From Octopus sinensis (Eukaryota), in contig NC_043006.1 in the NCBI RefSeq assembly GCF_006345805.1, positions 41,912,001 through 41,976,000 of the forward strand: 64,000 nucleotides of DNA, written 5' to 3'. Below, piece after piece: positions 49,933 to 63,900 of the stretch. The notes beneath the pieces are model-generated. The model saw only the letters and a program-made list of their open reading frames with translations, did not search any database and was not told the DNA's origin. How positions within the stretch are numbered: the first letter of the stretch is position 1; the number at the start of each line of letters is the position of its first letter. Position numbers and translations under genes: made by a program.

Positions 49933-50240
49933 GAGGAGACACATGACCTAGTGGTTAGTGCAGTAGACTCGCGGTCGTGGGATCGCGGGTTCGAATCTCA
50001 GACCGGGCGATGTGTGTGTTTATGAGCGAAACACCTAAGCTCCACGATGCTCTGGCAGAAGGTAATGGCGAACTTCTGATGACTCTTTCGCTACAATTTT
50101 CTCTCACTCTTATCTCCTGCATCTTGCAGCTAACCTGCGACGGACCGGCGTCCCGTCCATGTGGGGAACCTATACGCCAAGGAAACTGGGAAACCGGCCT
50201 ATGAGTCAGGCTTGGCTCGAGAAGGAGCAAACAACGACAA
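49933..50240 (+). mobile_element. tRNA-derived SINE with a V-SINE-like central domain
   Basis: A-box TGACCTAGTGG and B-box GGTTCGAATC. CCTGCGACGGACCGGCGTCCCGTCCA at 50134-50159 resembles the V-domain consensus as I recall it. It has an ACA-rich tail. Confidence 0.75.
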
Positions 50241-51007
50241 ATATATATATATATATATATGTATAAATATATATATATATACTATATATATATATATTAT
50301 ATATATATATATACATGTATCTATATATACATGCATAAGGGGGTGTAATATATATGCTTGTGTGCGTTCGTATATATATATATATGTGTATATGTATACG
50401 TATATCTCTGTATATATGTGTGTGAGGTGTATGTTCATACATGTATGGGAAAGCTAAATACTAATGCTATACAGACATTACCTGCCACTTAGTATTTACT
50501 TTAGAAATAAAAGATAATAATCAGGTGCCCTATCAACATTTAGGTTATATTTTCTCTAAAATCCATATCAGATCATGTTTTAATTAGCAAATCGATGCAA
50601 AGCCATTAAGCTGTGTCTCTCGCTCTGATTCTCAAATAGTGTCATATGTATGATTATGAGGTAATTTATGTTGCAATATGATTTATGTTCAAAGTCACGT
50701 GTTATTTTATCTGAAAAACACGATGAACTAGATTTTAGGGTGGGTGTCTGAGGTGGGCTTGGTTTCTGGGAGACGTGTGTTATGCATATATTCGATCTGT
50801 TTTTATCCCCGTATCAAGTATTCAGAAATTCACTTCCGTGTGCAGATATGTATATATATATATATATATATACCTATATATATAATCTATATATATATAT
50901 ATATCTATATATATACATGTGTGTGTATGTGTGCATGTGAGGCTACGTGCACACACGACCACTCATACATATGTTTATATGTATGTATGTGTAACACATA
51001 CACACAT

Positions 51008-51047
<40 letters not shown>

Positions 51048-51051
51048 CGTA

Positions 51052-52148
51052 CCTTAAACTGGCACTCGTCAGTTTCGACGATGAGCGTTCCAGTTTATTC
51101 TATCAACGGAGTAGCCTCCTCATGAAAAATGTGCAAGTGGCTGAGCACTCCACAGACATGCGTACCCGTAATGAAGTTCTCAGGGAAATTATGCGTGATA
51201 CACAGTGTGACAAGGTTGGTCATCTGAAAAATAGGTACCTCTCATTGTTGTTAGTTGCGTGCACTGGGGTCATGAGAAATAAATTGTTTTGCTCAAGAAC
51301 ACAAAGCCGAAAACCCTAGCCACTGAGCCATTTCTAATTGCACAAAATTCACTGCGAACCTCACTAACCAATGATCACACTTTTTAAGCAAATAGGATGT
51401 AATTTCATAAAAGGGTCGTTAGAATGTCAGACATTTCTCTCAAATGTCAGTGATCTGGAATTTCTCATCCTGCCGAGGTGAACTTTACCTTTCAATAATT
51501 CCAGATCGATAAAAAATATTCTTTTCTGCTCGAGGCACACAAGGTCTGAAATTTTGCGAGAGGAGCCCAGTCATATAGATCGACCCCAGTACGCAACTGT
51601 TACTTAATTTATCGACGCCGAAAGGATGAAAAGTAAAGTCGACCTTAGTGGAATTTGAACTCAGAACGTAAAGACAGACGAAATACCCCTAAGCATTTCG
51701 CCCGGCGTACTAACGGTTCTGCCAGCTCGCCGCCTTATAGATAAAAAACATTATTCAAAGGCGTTGTTATTGGTGGAACTGCAAGACTACCGGACCGGAA
51801 ACATTGTGGCATGTGTATTTGTTCCTTTCGCCAAATTTAAATCTCGCTCTAGTATTTTTGTGGGTTGTAGATTTCATTCTCAGACTTTGTAACACGTTTA
51901 TCTTCAGTAAAGTCCTATCTATTGAAAGCAATCAGTCCATGCATCGGGTTTGAGGATTCATTCCGCTGCCTACGGGGAATGAATCCATGCCATATTGCTC
52001 CTTCAAAGAGCGATGCATATTCTCTTCCCTCCAAACTAAAAGATATAAGAAAATAAAAATAACTGTCTTCTATTATAGCCTCGGGCCAACCAAAGCCTTC
52101 TGAGTGGATTAGGTAGACGGAAACTGAAAGAAGACCGTCGTATATATG

Positions 52149-52204
<56 letters not shown>

Positions 52205-52454
52205 TATATATATATTATATATATATGTATGTATGTGTAAATGTTAGTGTGTCTGTGTTTGTCCCCCCAGCATCGCATGACAACCGATCTTGGTGTGTTT
52301 ACGCCCCCGTAACTTAGCGGTTTGGCAAAAGAGCCCGATAGAATAAGTACTAGGCTTACAAAGAATAAGTCCTGGGGGCGATTTGCTCGAATAAACGCAG
52401 TGCACCAGCATGGTCGCAGTCAAATGACTGAAACAAGTAAAAGAGTAAAAGAGT
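51052..52454. mobile_element. SINE D (51052-51330, -), SINE B (51517-51736, -), 5'-truncated SINE A (52062-52454, +)
   Basis: GTGCAAGTGGCTGAGCACTCCACAGAC and TTGCTCAAGAACAC..CCACTGAGCCA; complete B ending GCCAGCTCGCCGCCTT; A body and tail. Confidence 0.85.
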
Positions 52455-53017
52455 ATCTATTGGAGATCTAAGGACGGCGTAGAGCCACCCTCATTGGCTA
52501 ATGCCAGTGAGTAAAAAAAAATGTATGCAATATTTATGCATGCATCCCTCATCGATATTTGCGCCGAGAGTGAGGAAACCAGAATTAATTGTAAAACATT
52601 CTATTCGACGCTCTAACGCCTGCTGTATGTATGCATGTATGTATGTATAACCGTATGTATGGATGTACGCATGTATGTATGTATAAACGTATGTATCTAT
52701 GCGTCTATCCATCTGTACGTGCATGGATGAACGCATATATGTAAGTATTTAAAACAAACTTGTCAAAAGAACGGATAAACACAATATAGACACTACTTCT
52801 ACGAAGCGATAATGCCCGAGAACAGAAATATTCGAGATGGTGAAAGAGTACGCTGTAAAACCAACAAAACCACTTCAGAAGTGCTTCGCATAACATCTAT
52901 AAAGGAAACAGGCAGACACGGTTTTTCAACCTGGCGAGAGCTGACCGCTATACACACACACACAAATATATATATATGTATATATATATATAATATATAT
53001 AGATATTATATATATAT

Positions 53018-53116
<99 letters not shown>

Positions 53117-54002
53117 CATTCAGACGCAATAACTACATTAGTAGCAATAACAGCCTAACTTCTGATTTCAAAGTAAAGTAGAGTATAATTAGAAACCCCG
53201 TATTACATACATTCTCTTATAATTTTCACTGTCAGAAATGTAACGAACTAGTAATTAGCCTGTTGGAATTCTGTAAGCAACAATATCAATTGTTTACCAA
53301 TTGTAATATTAATTTATATCAAAGCTTTCAGTAGCCTAAAATTCAATATCTCTTCCAGGTATGAAAAAGATATTTCAGTTAAAAACTTCTAAGCAATTTA
53401 CATTCTTTCATTACATAATCGGAATGCAGTTAATTGTAGCTTTTGTTTTCCTGAAGTAAGGAAAATTTTAATTACTCTACTCATGAATAATTACTGTTTT
53501 CTAAGACAGGTATTTCATGAATAAAAGAAAACTTTATTTACGCTTCTCATGAATAATATTGACTTCTTTTTAATTCAAGAAATAATGAAATTCACGGACA
53601 ATAGATTAATGTAAGTGTGTTTCTTTTAATTTGACTCTGATACGATGTTTTTGAAATGACACCTTATCTTTACTTAAGAAACCGGAAGTAATATTTCCGA
53701 ATGTGGATTCGATATAAAAGTGATTAAAGATATCAGTATGGAATGCGAGATACGAGATAGATTTTTTTTTAATATAGCAAGTATATGAATGATATGAATG
53801 TGTGTAGGTATGCGTGTTTGTAAAATAGACAAACACATATGAAACTAAACAGGATAATTTTAGTTAATCTGAAAAACATGTTTCAACACGGAATATAAAC
53901 AACTACACAAAAGATAGTCAGCGCTATGGATTTATGCCTTTGTGAATGAAGCAAACGAAGAAATCTGGAATAAAACATTTAAAGCAAAGGTCGAATGTTT
54001 AC

Positions 54003-54170
54003 CTTAGATTACTATGCAGGACATCGAGTTATTTCGTTCGAATCTCAGCTCGCGAGCCGCCATTTTTTCGAATAGAGTTATTCGTACGATGCGCTGAAAA
54101 AAATAGAAGTCTAACGGATATAGGGGCAGCGGCTTGGGGTCTGTATACGCGTGCGTGTATAAGTCTGTTT
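54003..54170 (-). promoter_or_regulatory. Candidate CpG-rich promoter/first exon with YY1-type motif and splice donor
   Basis: The minus strand has AAAATGGCGGC (54066-54056) inside a locally CpG-dense patch, and AAG|GTAAAC with GT at 54002-54001. Confidence 0.3.
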
Positions 54171-54305
54171 TTGTATATTCTTAACTAAACAACCATACTC
54201 TTGTCTATCAATACATGCATCCAAATCTAATATCTGTGGGTCCACACACGCAAACACACACACACACACAACAACCGTACACTCAAATATATAGATATTT
54301 AGATT

Positions 54306-54346
<41 letters not shown>

Positions 54347-54573
54347 TGTGAGAAATGAATATATGCATATATATATATATATATAAATATTATAATATGG
54401 GTATATATATTATAATATATGTTTATATACTATCATATATATATACTAAAAATATATATACACACTATAATATATATACACTATATATATATACTATAAT
54501 ATATATGTGTGTGTGTGTACAGATATATGTAATATAGTATGTATGTGCATATATTATGTACACTTTCCTTCAT

Positions 54574-54630
<57 letters not shown>

Positions 54631-54848
54631 TATATATATGAGTTGATTTTTACAACGTTGAGAGAGAGACTTCAAAGTTTCGGCTTGTTCGCTGTTAATG
54701 CCATGTACCCGAGTGAAAAACTTTGAATAATCTTTGTTTAGTGTTAAATTCATTTCATATGTTAAAAGATTTTCACATAAAAATATTTATACATAAACAC
54801 ACACACACACAAACACATGCACACACACACACACACACACACACACAC

Positions 54849-54900
<52 letters not shown>

Positions 54901-55667
54901 CACACGTACATGTATGCAAAACACACTCTTAAACATGTTTGTATATACTTAGCTACGAAAATAATCATATTTATGGGCATGACTGTGTGTCTGTGTTTCT
55001 GTGTGAGTTTGTTTGTATGTTCGTGTGTGTGTATGTGCTCGCATGAGTGCTCGTGTGTGTGTGGGATGTATGTCTGTGTGTTTCTGTTTGCTTTTATGTA
55101 AAGTAGTAATGTAAATATACATTCATTTGTAAGCTCAAAAGTCTACTAGAATATTTATTCCGTGTCGTATGGACTGTTAACCCGGTATTTTACGAGTCGG
55201 AGATCAACGGTTGTTTATAATTAATAATTTGTATATTTAAAACTTTGGCCTATATATCGAACTAATTTATAGCATCACCCCTCTTACAACTGCTAATGCT
55301 GGAACATATTTACAAATAATCGTGATAAACAACAGCAATAGAAAGGTTAAAACGAATTATTGAACGTAAGAGAGCAGAATCACGACAGATGTATTCTGTG
55401 ACAGAATGTAGAAGATATGTGATTTCATATACCGGTATACAGTTAAATATATCTGTCTCTATGTATAATTACATATATATGTGAGCGGATGGAGGAAGTC
55501 TGTGTATATATTTATAACATATGATCCTCTCCACGACTGTCACAAGGCCTGAAATTTCAAAATTTACCACAGTACACTACTCGTGCTTATTTTAACATCA
55601 TGGATATGAAGGTAAAGTCGACATCGGTGGGATTTCAAGTCTGACACCTAACCGCCTTAATATAAAA

Positions 55668-55727
<60 letters not shown>

Positions 55728-55728
<1 letters not shown>

Positions 55729-55950
55729 CAATAAGAAAATGGAGGGGATCAAGAGGTGATAATCATCAACTTTTAGACATTATATTATGTCTATTTTTTT
55801 ATTTAAAAAAACTTTATAACAACTTACATATTTGTATAACATATTATGATTTACATATTTAATATATAAAATATAAATATACCAGTAATTATTCATATAT
55901 ATAACGTAGAGCATAGAAAGTAGAATAGTATTATCTTACAGCTGTTTCAG
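55728..55950 (-). repeat. Copy of the 6461 repeat ending in the 3' half of a hammerhead
   Basis: TCTTACAGCTGTTTCAG (55934-55950) reads on the minus strand CU-GAAA-C(AGCU)G-UA-AGA, identical to the core of the 1490 motif. The CUGANGA half is missing. Confidence 0.65.
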
Positions 55951-56824
55951 TCAACCGGCCATAGCACCCTATTTTACTCCCATTCCTTCAGTGAACTGAA
56001 GTATTTGATAGATAAGATTAAGGTACTTGGGTGTTCCTCTGGGCTTCGTTAGAGAGTTAAGAAAGTTCATAAGGTTAAGTTATAAATATAAATACATACA
56101 TTTATCCACACTTTTACATTTACATACACATACATAAATATACATATACACATGTATATATTTATATGTGTATGGAATATGCATACAAATGCAACGATTA
56201 TTATTATCATTAGGCGTATAATATTAATCTTATTAGATGAAGTATAAACAGAGGAAAGAAAAATTATCAAAAGAGAAATAATAGTGGAATTTAAATAATA
56301 AATATATCTTAATATTATTATAGTTATTTAGGAATGAAAAGGTATATAAATGAGGAATACATACATACTTACATATATATATATATATATATATATATAC
56401 GCACAAACATACCCATAGGTACGTACATATTTCCTGTGTTGAGAAGGAAGGATTACTGTAGTAGTTCGTATTTTTCTTTTTATATGATTATAATAATTAT
56501 ACACAAGCATTTATACATACATATAAGCTTGCGATATATCTTCTATTGAGGGCTTGAGGTAACGGTCCACAATAAGTGGGTTAAAGCTTATATTAATACC
56601 TGTGATATTAGTCGGTACTAAAAGTAATAAATTTCCGGGTATTAATCAAGATGCTTTATTATTGTTCCGTTAGTTTTTGTTTATCGAGTAGTTGACATCC
56701 TGCGGGAAGTGCGAAAGGGGTTATGGTCAGTCCCGTAATCTAGTTGATCATCTATTGTTTTGAAAGACCATGACTTTGTTATGGTTGGTTAATGGATAAC
56801 CGATAACACAAACAACAAATTGGG

Positions 56825-56860
<36 letters not shown>

Positions 56861-56863
<3 letters not shown>

Positions 56864-57004
56864 TAAATTAGAGATAAAACCACTATTAGGCAAATCATAC
56901 AATGAAAAACTCAAGCCAATACATAAGATTAATTAATCTTATGTATTGGCTTGAGTTTTTCATTGTATGATTTGCCTAATAGTGGTTTTATCTCTAATTT
57001 AATA
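56861..57004. repeat. Perfect 144-bp spacer-less palindrome
   Basis: The 72-bp arms are exact reverse complements around AAGATTAA|TTAATCTT (centre 56932/56933). It lies between two TA tracts. Confidence 0.95.
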
Positions 57005-57086
57005 TAATATAATATTTTACTATAAAATTGGATTCAATCCTAAATCTGATTTTTCCCTGTAAGTTTGGATTTATTCCCTAATATTT

Positions 57087-57126
<40 letters not shown>

Positions 57127-57942
57127 AAACAAAACAAATAATCTAAGGTTAACTATTATTAGGTAGGATAGTAAAAGTCAATAAAGAAATTAATATAGGG
57201 GCTTGACTCTATTATATTGTATTTAATTAAGTTATGTTAAATTACGCAATATATAAGAAAAATGTGGATGAATTTATATATATATATATTAGCATTTTAG
57301 GTTAAAGTGATATTACTAAGGGGGAGTTTGTTTGATATACTGCATATGAAAGATAAGTTATTACAAATTTATTAAAAACCAGTATATAATTATACATATA
57401 TCTGTTTAATTAGGGGAATCATTTGTATCTTTACTGAACCATACGAGTAGTATATGGTTAAAGTTATATGTTGTAAGTTATTCGGACCAAATTCAAATAA
57501 GGGACAAAAGACAAAACGTGACCGTACGAGTTGTTTCACTAAGTTGTTATTTATCGCTAAAATTATCCTTAAAATGTATTCTTCTATAAAATGCATTAAT
57601 TGTAATTCTCCATGCAACAGTGTTTAGTTACTAAATTAAGGAACCAACACAATATATATCCTTATATATCCTCTTTTATATTTATACCTGCATATTACTA
57701 AATTGTTGTTTTTTATCGCAAAAATTATGTTTAAAATCTATTTTATCCGACAAAATGCCTCAAATGGAAGACTCTATGTAATAGTGTGGAGTCACTTAAT
57801 TAATAAACCCAATAGTCATTCAGTCCTTTAAAATATTTATCCATCTATTTATTCAGTTAATTACTTTTAATGTTATATCAAAATAAGTATAATAACAGAG
57901 AATTTACGCATAATATAAGTAACATAAGTAACCTCCGCGGAG

Positions 57943-57978
<36 letters not shown>

Positions 57979-58639
57979 TCCAAATGAAAATACATACATA
58001 TATATGTGTGCGTATATGTATATATACATCTAATATATATATATGCAGGGATGGATATACATACGTATATGTATGCCTATGTGCGTGTGTATGTGTGATT
58101 GTCTGTGTGTGTGAGGACGCATGTGTGTGTATACGTATGTATATTTGCGTTTTCTCTTTCATTTGACAATGAACTGTTTATTAGTTGAAATTTCTTCCGT
58201 ACGTCTGCTCTCATTCTTCTCAACTTTATCGTTTAAAGATATTTCTAATCAGTGTTGACTTTAATTTATATTAGTTTAGTCTGAATCAACGGGTTCTTCG
58301 CATTATCGTTGCATGTTCTCCAACATCAACAGAATTGTTCGCATTGGCGTTGCGCTGAGACTTTTACGGTTCGACGGTTGCAGGAAAGATATATCCGGGG
58401 ATGGAGTTCCAGTTGGCCAACATTTTGAGCTAAAAGGTGTGGTCCCTGGCAAGTTGGACACAATACGGGTATTTAGAATGGTAGAGACGAATGAATCCAA
58501 AATACTTGAGTGGCGGGGGAAGGATGAGTGACCAAATATCTTCGAGGAAAAGAAGCCGTTGTAGTAAAAAAAATCTTAAAAAGGAACGTGCAAGACATTA
58601 TGTTAAACAATCGATGCGATCAGGGTGTACGCTCGTCTC

Positions 58640-58677
<38 letters not shown>

Positions 58678-58999
58678 TGTGTGTGTGCGTGTGTGTGTGT
58701 GTGTAAGTGAGTGAATAAATAGATGCATTTGTAGTAAGCGCAACATGTCAAATGTGAAATTAAGATTCTCTAGTCAATCTCAACTGAGTTTCATACAGGG
58801 TCAGTAATTGATGGCAGATGAGTTTTACTTTTCTTTCCCTGAAGGTCAGTCTTTGAACGTTCAAAGAAGCAGCCAACGTATAGATTACTCTTAAGTAAGT
58901 ATAATTATTCATAGCAGTATGTGGCCGTGATATTGGTTGCCAAATAACTGTATCATTGTAGACATCTATAAAACATTATACATTCAGTTGAATAACCTT

Positions 59000-60000
59000 G
59001 TAAAAACATCAACCATCAAGTAATAACACCAACTTTTTTTTTAAATTTCTACCTGTCATTTTGTGTTCTGATGCAGCTTTTCCTCGGCGGCTTTAGTAAC
59101 TCTCAGATCTCATATTTGATGTAGATTTACCTTCAGTACTTATGATTATTTTCTTGCAGCATAGTCAGCCATATTCCATTATGCTTCAAATGTATTTTTT
59201 CCTTGTAGATGTAAAACCAAAATTATTTAAGAACTTTTTGAAAAAAGGAAATTTTCCTTTTTTTATAACAGGGATGATGTTTCCTTTTATTCTCTGATAT
59301 ACAGACGGTTAGTTAGACGCACACTTTGAGCTAATGGCGATTCCACTTAATAGCAGACATTTTTGCTAATAGAATATTTCGTTCAAGGATTCCATTTCTG
59401 CTTCAGTATTAATCATCTTCGCTCAATAGTTCCAAGCTTAGATATACCGTATACATTATACAGCATTTCCATAAAATAGGATGAGGTGAGATCAATGCTC
59501 ACCTTACATTTTGTGATAGTTTCTAAATGTCCAATTCCAACGCATCGACTGTTAACATTTTCGTATAGTTATCGCTACGATATTACAAAGTAATTCAGGC
59601 ATTCTGAGAAATTGTTTTCAAGCAATAACTGCTCGTTTTACATAAAAATGCATGGCGTCTAGTTTTAACGTCTATACTATTCGGTATCAAAGAGATTACT
59701 TTGCCCACACACTTGACCAAAACGGCTTTGTTCCTTAATGTGAATTTAGATAATTTTGAAAACTGTCCACAAATCCAATTTTTGATACGTTTTAGCTCTC
59801 TATAGTCCATAGTTATCTCTGCTGGGTCATTCGTTATAAAGAGATATGCATTATCATTGTTGTTCGTAATTTCTTTTTTAATGTTTAGTCTATCAGTGCT
59901 TAGCTTCGTTGATAATTTACATTTGCATGTAATTCTTCCGAGAAATTCATTAATCACAAAAGTCGGTAAATAAAGGTTCTCAGATGTTTGGTAGCATAAA
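59000..60000 (-). pseudogene. Highly decayed Penelope-like reverse transcriptase remnant
   Basis: Ordered minus-strand scraps INEF (motif FDI.EFYPSI), RT..MH, ITM (D.TMG), KLSKF, KLD and KNEQL resemble PLE RTs. It has many stops and frameshifts. Confidence 0.35.
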
Positions 60001-60386
60001 AATGAATACCAATTTAAAAGAAAATAAACTAGAATGCCGACACTGGATATTGATTATAACAGAGTGGATTTAAGCAAAAAAAACATCATCTATCATCCTA
60101 TGACACTGTATAACAAAAATGACTGGTGCCTGACACAAAGATTCTTACACCCGAGGGGAGCAGCTGGTATTTTGTAATGCACATTTGGAATTCCCTTTAC
60201 GAATAATGTAGTTAACCCGCTCGACTGTGGTTTAAATAAAATTTGAAAGCTTCGAATTAACACACCGTTAATGAGTTTGTGAGTGTGTATGTATATATAT
60301 ATATATATATATATACATACATATAAGATGAACGACCACTAGGTGGACATCCAATATATATTCTAATTGTAGACCCCATATAGGGT

Positions 60387-60643
60387 CGAAGACAGCGAGA
60401 TGGCAGAATCGTTAGCACCTGGGTGAATCGCTTTGCGGTGTTTGTCCATCTCCACACACACACACACACATATATATATATACAAAAAACATGCATATAC
60501 AAAATCGCCGAGGTCGATTTTGCCTTTCATCCTTTTGGGGTCGATAAAATAAATACCAGTTGATCACTGTAGTCGATGTAACCAATTTACCCCCCCCCCC
60601 CCTCCGTCCTGAAATTGTTGGCCTTGTGCCAAAAATTTGAAAT
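60387..60643 (+). mobile_element. SINE B split by a CA/TA microsatellite
   Basis: GCGAGATGGCAGAATCGTTAGCAC...CGCCGAGGTCGATTTTGCCTTTCATCCTTTTGGGGTCGATAAA. Confidence 0.8.
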
Positions 60644-60654
60644 CATTATTATGA

Positions 60655-60905
60655 CTGGTTTCGAACCTAGGTCACAGCAAAGTCTACCTCCCACACATTT
60701 CGGTCAATCATTACTACCTTGATGTCCTTGATACATTCTAGACCAGAGTCTGCAATCAAGTTGTTGATGTGAGTGCGACGGCATATTTCTCTCTTTACAT
60801 CACCATGAAGTGGGTTCCACAAGATTGATTTGGATGCTTCTAGTAGAGGGTGACCAGATAATCGCAGCTATCTTTGCCTGATCTTCTTAACTTTCAGCAG
60901 ATCTC
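60655..60905 (-). pseudogene. 3' end of an RTE-clade LINE
   Basis: KIRQR*LRLSGH-HPLLEASKSILWNPLHGDVKREICRRTHINNLIADSGLECIKDIKVVMIDRNVWE is a typical RTE C-terminus. Confidence 0.7.
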
Positions 60906-63900
60906 CATAAATGCATTTATTTGTCATATGTTGCTACCATTTCACATTTAGGGTCATTCGAAGCATCCTTCTATAGCATCCACTTAACCCCTTTGATAAA
61001 AGATATAGATAAAGAGTAATTGAATAAAGATAAAGAACCAATCAAATAGGCTACTAGATTCCTCTATTTAGACGGTTAGAGATACGCTTCGATATTTATT
61101 CTAGTCCCTTCTCTATAGATTTTAAGTATACATATATTTTTCAGTATGAAATTATATTCGATGCTTATGAGTCTGAATTAAATGAGCGACAATATTACTT
61201 AACATTATTACTTAACAAAATTTAAACAAAATTACAGTTTGCTCAGTTCGCATTGTGGATGATTATCAATTGAAATCGCAATTGTTTGACCCTGTTATCG
61301 GTGCTGATCTGTACTGTAACCGCTTCTAAAACGCTCCAATTTTAAAAAAAGTACAGAGTAATAATTACTTTTTTTCAATAAGCATGTGACCAACTCTTAA
61401 AGGAAAATTTGAGTAGGTGAATGAAGACTAACGCTAATTATAAAACAGTAACTAATTCATAATACACAATATATTGAGTTATTTATGAAATGTTGTCATA
61501 TTTTTCCTTTTCTAAACACTACTTTATTCAGCTCATTTCGCTGGGATCAAAATATATTCAAATTATTGCATTCATTATTAATTTATTCCATCACATTTGC
61601 TGTATTTCATAGAATTTATTTTTTTATATTTTTAAAGCAATGTGTTTGATTTATATTTGTTAAATGAATCAGTGTCAGCCTTAATATGGTGACGGTTTTC
61701 CTTCCGACTCAAATTATTATTCCAAAGCGTCTCTATAACTTATTTACAATAAACAAATGAGATTGTTGGATTTGAATTAAATTAGGATAATTTACTTCAA
61801 TATCAATCACTAAATTTATGAAAGGAAAAATAATATAAAAATATTAGTATTGAAATTAAAATAGAAAATAACAATAAACATTTATAGCGAAAACGAAATG
61901 TTCACCATTTATACAGAAAAGAGGAGAATTCTTTAGAGTACATGTGTTGTTAAATATGTCGTGGTATGGTTATATTTGTTTTTCTTTTGCGATAAATATT
62001 GGTTTCTAGATTTCATTATAGAGCAATTTCTGTGAGTGTTTTGTTATTCCGTGTATTTATCTAATGCTGCTTGATGCAAAGTTTACCGTGCGATATGGAC
62101 CAAAGACTCTTGACAATTCCTTAATGAGGTAAAAATCAGCCAAGCAAAACTTTTTCGTTCCGCTAGGAAATTTCAATATTAGCTTGGTTTCAAATTAAAA
62201 GAAATGGGAATAAGAATTATTTGAGATCTTCTATAAAAGAAACTTCGATTTCATTATCGGCCCACTATAATATATACATCTTATCCTTATGATGACAGTA
62301 ATTCTTATTAAAATCTTCACAATTGTAATTCCCTCTTTACTGATATACTTTATATCATGTATATTAATCGTTATTAGGCAAAAATTCACTGCACTCCAAT
62401 AAGTATATTATATTCGTTAACTTGGTATCATGAGCTGTTTGAAACATTGAAAAGCCAGATTAAGTTACTTGCAGTATTAATTTTCTTCTTTGGAGATTAT
62501 TAAAATATATATAATTTAAAATTTCTCGAAACATTTTCTTGAAACTATCAACACCAAGAAATAGCCAGGGCTCGAACATTACGAATATGCATTGGGAATC
62601 TTATTTCCAACATCGAAATAGAAAGCACTGTAACTTACCAGTTCAGTGACGTTAAGATTGGGTAATTTCGTTTAGAATTTTTTTCCATGCATAACTCAAA
62701 TTTTAAATAGCAGTTTCGCTCACAAGTTCTACACATATCCGTATGTTTTTGCTTAACATTTTTTTACAAGAACATACTTTTTCATATGCTTTACTTTTGA
62801 TTTAGATGATTTTTTTTTAATATTTAACAATTGATTTTAAACTTTGCAATATTTATGTAACTAGATATTCAGCCAATTTTGTAATGCAAGGTAGAACTAT
62901 CAAGAGTATAGTGTTGGCAACAATGAATTTCAAGTTAAGCCATAATTTTCAAAAGATGACTGCTTGAAGCGTGATATTTTTTTTTAGATAATTGATCCGA
63001 TATCACAGCTGTCTTGGTGGAATAGTTTCAAATAGTTTCAACATTTACACTAAAGAAAATATGAAGAAAAGCTTACAAATCAACTGCAACTTTGATCTAG
63101 AAAGAAGATTTTCTTGGCATTGTTTTCTGTCCACGTATTTATATCAGAACATTGTGGTGAAAGTCTTAAAGTGGCTTTCCGACTCTGTTGGATAAACTAT
63201 GTATTTCTACATTTATTATTATTCCTATATAAATAAATAGAGAACGTCTTTTATTTACTTAGCTTGAAGCTGTCACAGCTAGTGCTTTTGTAAAAGTAGT
63301 CAAAATCATATAAATGTTGGAAAAACATTTGAGCAATACGAGTGAAGTTTGGGTAAAATATATAAGATATCGTTAAATGAAAACCAACGGAAAATAAGTT
63401 GTAATAAATTACATAGGTTTAACCAATAATATTTTGGAGAAGGCTCTCCTTTTCAAATTCAACAAAGCGGATAATTAAAGTGTTCGGAGGTATGTGTCGT
63501 TAATGGCAAGTCATTCATTGATGTTAAATCTCAGCATGAGAAACTATCTACACCCTCTGCTTATTCTTTACTTGCACTAATTCCCTCACTCAATCATAAT
63601 CAGTTATATATCTTAAACATTTATTTCGGATTTTCTCAAGCTGAACAAAATCCAATGCAATTTTCACTTTCTGTACATCAGGAACTCGTTTAGGAAATAG
63701 ACTAAATGTTACAACATTAACAAAGATATTGTTGTTTGGTTCCGTGACAGATAAACACAAATCCAACACACGAAAACTTTCTGGCCATTATCATCTAGGA
63801 TCACATGTATCTAAGATCACATAATCAAAAGATTCGTAACATTTTTAAGGCTACAGTCTTTGATTTGATTGATATTCAGCCAACTTTCAGCAACACAAAT

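Noticed and set aside
49935-50010. tRNA gene
   Set aside because: A and B boxes are present, but there is no clean acceptor or anticodon stem and it continues into a SINE body and tail. The same applies to the other SINE heads.
50076-50082. CTGATGA hammerhead core
   Set aside because: It lies inside a SINE body with no GAAA or stem III.
59595-59957. 120-aa ORF as a real gene or hAT transposase C-terminus
   Set aside because: The hAT resemblance is limited to two short words. The pieces fit a frameshifted Penelope-type RT order somewhat better, and neither reading supports an intact gene.
62633-62641. Strong minus-strand splice donor CTG|GTAAGT
   Set aside because: I found no matching acceptor or convincing open exon upstream, and isolated donors are expected by chance in 64 kb.
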